Source: Candidatus Bathyarchaeota archaeon (GTDB taxonomy: Archaea; Thermoproteota; Bathyarchaeia; Bathyarchaeales; Bathycorpusculaceae). From it: 64,000 bases of DNA. The stretch is from positions 83,817 through 147,816 of the forward strand of contig CAVYXJ010000005.1 in the NCBI GenBank assembly GCA_963772455.1, in the 5' to 3' direction. The notes under the pieces were generated by a model, which did not search any database, was not told the origin of the DNA, and saw only the letters and a list, made by a program, of their open reading frames with translations. Every line of letters starts with the position of its first letter. Position 1 is the stretch's first letter. Made by a program: the position numbers and the translations under genes. Positions 56,983-64,000 of this stretch are shown in pieces.

Positions 56983-57301
56983 AGCGGTGGACCACTGCGG
57001 TTTGACGCCCAGACTCCGTCTGGAAACCTCAAGCCCTACACTCTTACCCGCACCCCCTTGAGCGCATAGCGTCCAAACTTAGGTTGCTCTCTCCCGAGCC
57101 TAGCCGGGTTCGCCTGGTAGACAACGAAGTAACTTCCCTACGGAAGCCACCCATTGACCGCCAGCCCCAAAGGACGGATAGTCACAGGTTCGGAAATGAA
57201 ACTCCAAGCGGCCTTTGACGCCTCATCCGCAGATGTCAGCCCGTCATGTAGAGGATTTACGGTACAATGGACCCCTAACCCACCGCCTAAGATCCACCGC
57301 C
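56983..57301 (-). ncRNA. ffs: Archaeal signal recognition particle (SRP/7S) RNA
   Basis: GC-rich ~319 nt island. Terminal helix GGCGGUGGAUC/GGUCCACCGCU; helix 6 GGGUGGCUUCC-GUAG-GGAAGUUACUU (GNAR loop); helix 8 CUAGGCUC-GGGA-GAGAGCAAC; BRE/TATA GAAAGTTTTATAG about 23 nt upstream. Confidence 0.92.
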
Positions 57302-57360
57302 GAACATAGACAGTTTAATCGGACTATAAAACTTTCTTGGTTAAAGCCCTTTATTTTAGG

Positions 57361-58177
57361 TTACTTCATTGCTTTTGTGGCAGTCTTAAGTTCTTGCGCA
57401 GCTGCTTTCAACTGTTTTAACATAGTAGATGTGTTTTGGCTGTTATTTTGAATAATGTTGATGAATGCAGATCCAACAATAGCTGCATCTGCTCCCGCTG
57501 CAATAACGCGTTCCACGTGTTCAGGTTTGGATATTCCAAATCCAACAGCAAGAGGAATTTTTCCAGCAGTATATGGCAAAACTCGTTTAATTAATTGAAC
57601 TGTCGAATCTTCAATTGTTGTTTTGACACCTGTAACTCCATAATGCGATACCAAATACAGAAAACCCATGCTGCAAAAGACTATTTTGCACAGGCGTTCG
57701 TTAGTGGTGGATGGCGCGGCTAAGAAAATTGTGTCTAAACCATTCGCTTCGGCAGCTTTCCTAAAGTCAGTTGCTTCCTCTATTGGCAAATCAGGAATTA
57801 TGAAACCCGTCAACTAGGTGCTCTTTAGCTTTGCTGAGAAATTTGTCAATGCCGATTCTGAAAACGGGGTTATAATATGTCATTATCAGAATGGGAATGT
57901 TATGTTTTTGTTTGATTTCTTTGGCGATTTCTATGACTTTCATTGGTGTTGTCTGGGCAGCTAAGGCTCTTACGCTTGCTGCTTGAATTGTAGGTCCATC
58001 GGCAATTGGATCAGAAAACGGCAATCCAAGCTCGAGAATTTCAACTCCACCAGTGATAAGTGCATCTGCAATTTGTGGAGTAAGTTCTGGGTTTGGGTCT
58101 CCTGCCATTATGTAACCAATGAGCACTCCGTTTCCTTGTTGCATTGCTTTGTGGAATACTTCTTGTATTAGATTCAT
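57361..58177 (-). pseudogene. trpA: Tryptophan synthase alpha, one +1 frameshift near 57803-57808 (possibly an assembly error)
   Basis: ELGLPFSDPIADGPTIQ, MTYYNP | IIPDLP, GVTG, VGFGIS, IVGSA. Confidence 0.85.
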
Positions 58178-59369
58178 ATTTTCGCCCCAATGTAGTCTGC
58201 AATCGTTTCTACATCTTTGTCTCCACGTCCAGACAGAGTGACAACGATTGATTGGTTTTTCTTCATTTTTGGAGCCAATTTCATAGCGTAGGCTACTGCA
58301 TGTGAAGATTCAAGGGCTGGTAGAATCCCTTCTTCTTTTGCTAAAATCAAGAATGCGTCTATTGATTCTTGGTCGGTTGCAGATGTGTAGGTTGCGCGAT
58401 TAGAGATTTTTAGAAAAGAATGTTCTGGTCCAACTCCTGGATAATCTAAGCCGGCTGAGATGCTGCTTGTGTTCTGGATTTGCCCATTTTCATCTTGAAG
58501 AACATAGGATAACATGCCGTGAAAGACTCCTTCTGCTCCAGCACCCAACGAGGCTGCATGTTTGCCTGACTCTATGCCTTTGCCGGCTGCTTCAACACCG
58601 TAGAGTGCCACTGAGGTGTCATCCTCAAATGGATAAAATGTGCCAATAGCATTGCTGCCACCGCCTACACAAGCTACTAATGCATCGGGTAATCTGCCTT
58701 CTTTTTTCTGGAATTGTGCTTTTATTTCGTTGCCAATTACACTTTGAAAATCCCGTACAATCATTGGGTAAGGATGGGGCCCACGACTGATCCTATCAAG
58801 TAATAGGTATCTTCAATGTTGGTAACCCAATCTCTGAAGGCTTCATTTATTGAGTCTTTAAGTGTTTTGGAGCCTGAATCAACGGGGTGTACTGTAGCGT
58901 TTAGTAGTTTCATTCTGAACACGTTAAGGCGTTGTCGTTCACAATCTTCAGTGCCCATGTAAATTTCAGCTTTCAAACCCAAAGCGGCGCATGCGATTGC
59001 TGTGGCAACACCATGCTGACCTGCTCCTGTTTCAGCGATTATTCGGGTTTTGCCCATTCTCTTGGCGAGTAGTGCCTGTCCGATTGTGTTGTTTATTTTA
59101 TGGGCTCCACCGTGAGCTAGGTCTTCTCGTTTAAGGTAGATTTTTGCTCCGCCTAATTTGTTTGTAAGATTTTGGGCAAAGTAAAGAGGGGTTGGTCTGC
59201 CCACAAACTCAGATAGATAATAATCCAATTCTTTTTTGAACTGTGTGTCTTTTTTTGCTTTTTCATATGCTTGTTCGAGTTGTCCTATAGCTGCCATTAG
59301 AACTTCTGGAACAAAGCGTCCTCCAAACTTGCCGTATTTGCCGTCAATTGGATAGTTGCTTAGTTTCAT
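58174..59369 (-). pseudogene. trpB: Tryptophan synthase beta, one -1 frameshift near 58776-58779 (possibly an assembly error)
   Basis: [27 protein letters not shown]|[17 protein letters not shown] and LSGRGDKD. Confidence 0.88.
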
Positions 59370-60142
59370 GCTTCTACAAACTCCCTTACTTTTTCTTCGA
59401 TGTTTTCTGTTAACATTATGCTTGAACCGATGAGGAAAGCTTTTGCGCCACATTCACGTAGAAATCGGAGGTCTTTTGGGTTCTTGATTCCGCTTTCACT
59501 TACGATTACTTTGCTGCAATTATTATTGTTTTTTAGGATTTCTTTGGTCGTGTTTAAATCGATTTTTAGGGTGCCAAGGTTTCTGTTGTTTATTCCGATG
59601 AGGTCTGCGTTTGTTTCTATTGCTGTGCGAAATTCTTTTTCTGTGTGTGTTTCAAGTAGAACCTCCAACCCTAACTTGTGAGCGGTCTCAATCATTTCGT
59701 TTAGATTTTTTTGGCCATATCCTCTATCAAAAACGGCTTGTATAAGTAGAATGGCGTTTGCTCCAATTTTTGAAGCTGCAAAGATTTGTTTTGGACTCAA
59801 AATAATATCTTTCATGAGGATTGGAAGGTTTACGGATTTTCTAGCTTGAAGTAGAGCGTCTAGAGATCCTTTGAATTGTGTTGGCTCTGTTAAGATTGAA
59901 AGAGCTGTGGAGCCTCCTTTTTCCATGTATTTGGCAATCAAGGCTGGATTAACATTTGTTCTAATAACGCCGGCAGAGGGTGATGCAGATTTGATTTCGG
60001 TTATTATTGGATTCACTTTGCTGTTTAAAATTGCTTTTTTCAAGCTGACCTGACAATCACCAAAATGGTGGGTTTTTTCATAATAGCCGCTTTCAATGGT
60101 TAATTGGGCTGCATGCGCTAATAAATCAAGGTAATCACTCAT
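59366..60142 (-). CDS. trpC: Indole-3-glycerol phosphate synthase
   Basis: [31 protein letters not shown] and LIGSS. Confidence 0.93.
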   Translation of the reverse strand: MSDYLDLLAHAAQLTIESGYYEKTHHFGDCQVSLKKAILNSKVNPIITEIKSASPSAGVIRTNVNPALIAKYMEKGGSTALSILTEPTQFKGSLDALLQARKSVNLPILMKDIILSPKQIFAASKIGANAILLIQAVFDRGYGQKNLNEMIETAHKLGLEVLLETHTEKEFRTAIETNADLIGINNRNLGTLKIDLNTTKEILKNNNNCSKVIVSESGIKNPKDLRFLRECGAKAFLIGSSIMLTENIEEKVREFVEA

Positions 60143-61193
60143 ATTTTGCTTCAAGCTCCTCAAGCTTTTCTAAACTTCCGTCTGACATTTTAATTAATTC
60201 TTTTAATTTGGTGTAGGCGGTTCCATTAGTAATTGATTTTCGAGCAAGTTCCATTCCTTCTGCAAAGTTGTCTGCTTTGCCTCCAACTATGATGCCTGCA
60301 GCGCTGTTAACCAGAACAATTTCAGCTTTTGCATCATCAATTGTTTTCCCGCTTAGAATTTTGAAGATTGTTTTAGCGCTTTGCTCTGTAGTAGATGATT
60401 GTAAATCGGTTATTTTTGCTGTTTTTATGCCGAAATTGCTGGGGACAAATTCTAATTTTGTAACGTTGCCCTTTTTTAAGTGTGCGATTATTGTTTTTCC
60501 AATTGTTGAAATCTCATCTAGTCCATCAATTCCATGAACAACCATGGCTTCAATGCACCCCAGCTTATTCAATGTAGAAGCCATTGGAACCACCAGTTTT
60601 GAGTCATAGACTCCTAGCAATTGAGCATTAGCATTTGCTGGATTTGATAGAGGCCCAAGGACGTTGAATATTGTACGGATACCAATTTCGCGTCTGGTTT
60701 CTGCTGCGTATTTCATTGCGGGATGGAAATTTGGAGCAAACATGAATCCAATCCCGATCTTTTCGATTAAGCTTTCAACTTCTTTTGGTTTCAAATTTAT
60801 GTTTAGACCTAGTTTTTCCAGTACTTCTGCGCTGCCGCTTTTGCTGGTGACTGCCCTGTTTCCATGTTTAGCTACTGATACTCCTGCACCTGCAATTACA
60901 AACGCTGCGGCTGTGCTGATGTTGAAGGTTTTTATTTTGTCGCCGCCTGTGCCGCAGGTGTCAATTAGCCGTCCTTTTACTGTGGGATGAATTGTGCAGC
61001 AATTGGCACGCATGACTAATGTGAATGCGATTAATTCTTCAACGCTTTCACCTTTCATTCTCAGGGCAGTTAAGAAAGCGGCGGTTTGGGCGTTTGTAGC
61101 TTTTCCCGACATGATTTCACACATGATTCCCTGTGATTGCTCTAAGGTCAAATCAGAACCTTCGACGAGCTTTTGAATTCCTTCTCGAATCAT
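60135..61193 (-). CDS. trpD: Anthranilate phosphoribosyltransferase
   Basis: DTCGTGGD, FNIST, KHGNRA, RTIFNVLGPLSNP and GLDEI. Confidence 0.95.
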   Translation of the reverse strand: MIREGIQKLVEGSDLTLEQSQGIMCEIMSGKATNAQTAAFLTALRMKGESVEELIAFTLVMRANCCTIHPTVKGRLIDTCGTGGDKIKTFNISTAAAFVIAGAGVSVAKHGNRAVTSKSGSAEVLEKLGLNINLKPKEVESLIEKIGIGFMFAPNFHPAMKYAAETRREIGIRTIFNVLGPLSNPANANAQLLGVYDSKLVVPMASTLNKLGCIEAMVVHGIDGLDEISTIGKTIIAHLKKGNVTKLEFVPSNFGIKTAKITDLQSSTTEQSAKTIFKILSGKTIDDAKAEIVLVNSAAGIIVGGKADNFAEGMELARKSITNGTAYTKLKELIKMSDGSLEKLEELEAKYE

Positions 61194-61775
61194 TGTTTTT
61201 CCTCCAAGAAGTTCTTGATGATTAGTTTTCCGTCTTCGCATAGAATAGATTCAGGATGGAATTGCACTCCATAAATTGGATATTTTACGTGACGTATGCC
61301 CATAATTTCGCCGTCCTCAACAGATTCAGCAGTAATTTGGAGACAGTCAGGGATGGATTCTCGTTCACCAGCAAGTGAATGGTATCGAGTTGCTTTTAAC
61401 GGGTTGCGAACACCTTTGAAGATTGCTTTTTGGTTGTGTTTTATGAGACAGGTTTTTCCATGCATGAGTTTTTTGGCGTGAACGATTTTGCCGCCATATG
61501 CATGAATAATGCCCTGATGTCCAGAGGCAAACACCCAAGGTTGGTATGGTTGGACTTAGTGTTTGTAGAATTGCTTTGCAGACGCCAAAGAATTTGTCAT
61601 CCTCAGGATTACCAGGTCCAGGTGATATGACGATGCGATCTGGCTTCATTTTAGCTGCCTCAATTAGGCTGATTTGGTCGTTTCGGTAAACCACGGTTTC
61701 TGCGCCTAGTTCACCTATATATTGGACAAGGTTGTAGACGAATGAATCATAGTTGTCTATAACTAAGACTTTCAT
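61190..61775 (-). pseudogene. trpG: Anthranilate synthase component II, one +1 frameshift near 61523-61527 (possibly an assembly error)
   Basis: IDNYDSF, SPGPG, GVCL|GHQ, RYHSL and QFHPES. Confidence 0.88.
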
Positions 61776-61777
61776 TT

Positions 61778-63188
61778 TTATTTGGCTCCTGCTGCATGTT
61801 CAAGCGCTTTGATGAGTGCTTTGGCTTTGTGGCTTGTTTCAAACCATTCTTTTTCAGGTATCGAGTCAGCGACTATGCCTGCGCCGACTTGAATGTATGC
61901 TTTGTTGCCTTCTGAGAATAATGTACGTATGGTTATGGCAAAATCAGAGTTGCCATTGCAGCTAAAATATCCCACTGCACCAGCATAGGCTGCCCCTCGA
62001 TGCGAGGGCTCGAGTTCCTCGATTATTTGCATGGCTCGAACTTTAGGTGCACCAGACACTGTGCCTGCGGGAAATACTGCTTTTAATGCATCAAAACTCT
62101 CTAAATCGTCTTTTAAGTCGCCAGAAACTTGGGAAACAATGTGCTGGACATGGCTGAATTGGTGTATTTGCATAAACTCAGGAACAGTTATGCTTCCACA
62201 TCGACTTATTTTGCCAATATCATTTCTTGCCAAATCTACCAGCATTACGTGTTCAGCTCTTTCTTTTTGGTCGTTTAATAATTCGTTTCCTAGCGCTGGT
62301 TTTCTTCTACGTTGGCTGTAACGGGTGCTGTTCCTGCAATTGGAAAAGTAATTACTTTTTGGTTGTCGGAACTCGGACTGAGCATTTCGGGGCTTGAACC
62401 AACGATTTGACGTTTATCTGATTTGTAGTAGAACATGTATGGTGAAGGGTTAATCTGGCGTAAGCTTTTGTAGAAGGTCAATAGACTGCCGGTGTATTGG
62501 AATTGGAAGCGTTTGGATAGAACAACTTGGAAAATGTCTCCTGAGGTGACGTAATTTTTGGCTTTCATGACTGATTTTTCAAAGTCTTTTTTTGATGTAT
62601 TGATTGAAGGGTGAGTGTATGTGAACTGTTCTTCGGTGGGAGCTGGTTGTTTGAGCAAGTCGGTTACTTCTGTGAGGCGGTTTTCGCCTCTAAAATAATA
62701 GTAAGCTTGTTGAGTTTTATGATCAAAGACAAATCCATCTTCAAAGATGCCCATTTCTGTATCGGGAAAACTTAGGTCGTCAGGTTTTTGGTTTGGGATT
62801 ATTTCGATGTATCGTATGGCGTCATATGATATGTATCCTAATGCTCCGCCGACAAAACGAAAATCTACCATGTCATTTCTGTAGGGCATTAGTTGTTCTT
62901 GAATAACTTGGAATGGGTCGTTGGTTTGTTGTTTTGTGGTTTGTCCTGTTTTGTTATCGGTTATGGTTACTAAGCCGTTTTTGGCGTTGATGTTTGTTTT
63001 GGGGTCAAACCCTAAGAATGAGTATTGGGCTAGTTTTTTGTGGTCCTTCTATTGATTCTAGAAGGTAGGTGGTTTTGTATTTTTGGTGAAGTTTGATGAA
63101 TATATCAAGGGGGTTGTTTGTGTAGTTGAATTTAACATAGTTTAGTGGGTTTACTTTTGTATGTGGTTTGCCAAAGGCGATTCCCCAT
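61778..63188 (-). pseudogene. trpE: Anthranilate synthase component I with several indels (near 63183, 63024-63029, 62366-62382, 62295-62300)
   Basis: Reassembled motifs LLESIEG...[66 protein letters not shown] and GAGIVADS. Confidence 0.88.
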
Positions 63189-63215
63189 TGTAATCATGCT
63201 CCATTATGGTTCACA

Positions 63216-63261
63216 TATACTATAATGTATTATTTAAGGCTTATTTGGACATAAGTGTACA
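63216..63261 (-). promoter_or_regulatory. trp operon promoter region with putative TRP boxes
   Basis: TGGACA-N4-TGTACA at 63246-63261 and degenerate TATACT-N4-TGTATT at 63216-63231 flank a minus-strand CTTAAATA TATA-like box. Confidence 0.4.
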
Positions 63262-63301
63262 TTTGAGATTTTAGAGAGAAAAACTCTTTTTCGGAAAAAA
63301 T

Positions 63302-64000
63302 CTATATCGGGATAAAAAAGACGGCCAATGCAATAAGTATGGCCACTATCGAAATTGCAGCCACCGGAAGAATAACTGGTTCTAAATTTAATGGTGCTGG
63401 GGTAGGGTTACGAACAGTTGCATCGTTAGGGTAACCTCGGCTTTCCCAGTACCCAAGATAGTTTGAATCATCAGATACATTGATTTCTGTTAGCCATTCA
63501 ACCCATTTGTACCCATATTGGTTTTGAGCTACAAGAAAGAATGGCCACCCAGTTTGATCAGTGAAGGTAAGATTATTCATTTTATATGCTATCATAATGT
63601 TATTTTCTTTCACATATTGCAGTGGTAGAGAGGATGAGTAGCCGTCGGATGCAATAAAGATCAGTGTGTTTGCATATGGACTAACACCTGCTTGAAGAAG
63701 AAGATCCGTTATCGGGGCTCCCTGCCATAATAATGTTACACTCCAGCCTTCTACACAAGGAAGTGTGCCAACTTGCAGAGTTGAGTTAAAGTTGTTTACG
63801 ACTGTATCGTAAGTATAATTTAGTGGATTATTTACAAGACCTGTAATCGCCAATCTGTAAGTTTCTCTGTTAATGTGCTGGGTTCCAGCTATGGCTACAT
63901 CCGGATGGGAAATGAGATATTGTATGTAACCATTAATCGGCGTTAGATTTTGATCTTTGTAGGTGTCGACTTCTCCAGGTAAAAAAACAGGTGCAGTTGA
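63302..64000 (-). CDS. Molybdopterin-dependent oxidoreductase, sulfite oxidase/MsrP-like family, with C-terminal TM anchor (5'-partial)
   Basis: LPCVEGWS, DGYSSSLPL, GYKWVEWL and GYWESRGY; frame open to the window end. Confidence 0.85.
   Translation of the reverse strand, partial: STAPVFLPGEVDTYKDQNLTPINGYIQYLISHPDVAIAGTQHINRETYRLAITGLVNNPLNYTYDTVVNNFNSTLQVGTLPCVEGWSVTLLWQGAPITDLLLQAGVSPYANTLIFIASDGYSSSLPLQYVKENNIMIAYKMNNLTFTDQTGWPFFLVAQNQYGYKWVEWLTEINVSDDSNYLGYWESRGYPNDATVRNPTPAPLNLEPVILPVAAISIVAILIALAVFFIPI

Noticed and set aside
56983-57301. GC-rich island considered as RNase P RNA, tRNA or a mobile element
   Set aside because: Lacks the RNase P GAGGAAAGUCC core and any cloverleaf; helices 6 and 8 and terminal pairing fit SRP RNA.
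57215-57451. 78-aa plus-strand ORF in the track
   Set aside because: Antisense to the SRP RNA 5' end and the trpA 3' end; no protein features.
110-62321. Many antisense or nested ORFs in the track (e.g. 110-517, 14826-15278, 31794-32198, 44221-44775, 60664-60990)
   Set aside because: Shadows of well-supported genes on the other strand or frame; no independent motifs.
57800-63190. Programmed ribosomal frameshifting as a trp regulatory mechanism
   Set aside because: Mixed +1 and -1 shifts inside catalytic motifs of four genes, with no common slippery site or stimulatory structure.
1-64000. CRISPR arrays, tRNA/rRNA genes, IS elements, integrases, and inteins in NrdD or Rad50
   Set aside because: No regularly spaced repeats, cloverleafs or transposase/integrase motifs were seen; NrdD and Rad50 show no intein-sized insertions.

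Overview
A 64 kb, AT-rich, gene-dense archaeal chromosomal segment. Markers include diphthine synthase, geranylgeranyl reductase, L35Ae, aIF-1A, a crenarchaeal-type SSB fold, SRP RNA and TATA/BRE promoters; a TACK lineage such as Bathyarchaeia is my inference. It is mostly housekeeping: 2-oxoacid:ferredoxin oxidoreductase, nrdR-nrdD-nrdG, thiolase/DUF35, cobD-cbiB, flavin genes, pckG plus archaeal asparagine synthetase, mre11-rad50, a cobamide uptake/salvage cluster, SRP RNA, and a trpEGDCBA operon with several single-base frameshifts. I saw no CRISPR array, tRNA, rRNA, IS or integrase. Highlights: (1) a stand-alone Rpo5/RpoH with a eukaryotic RPB5-like N-terminal domain; (2) a btuFCD operon that also encodes a radical SAM/SPASM protein whose CxxxCxxC motif is replaced in register, plus DUF2284 and a CbiZ fused to a degenerate CobZ-like domain, sharing a palindromic operator with cobD-cbiB; (3) a ~4.6 kb locus of Cys-rich microproteins around aIF-1A, four of them missed by the ORF track, including three CxxC-x17-CxxC domains (one fused to a divergent RNase HII-like protein) and a LysW-like ORF that appears to start at AUU; (4) an Hhe-like helicase-nuclease defence gene. 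All calls come from reading motifs by eye; no searches were run.
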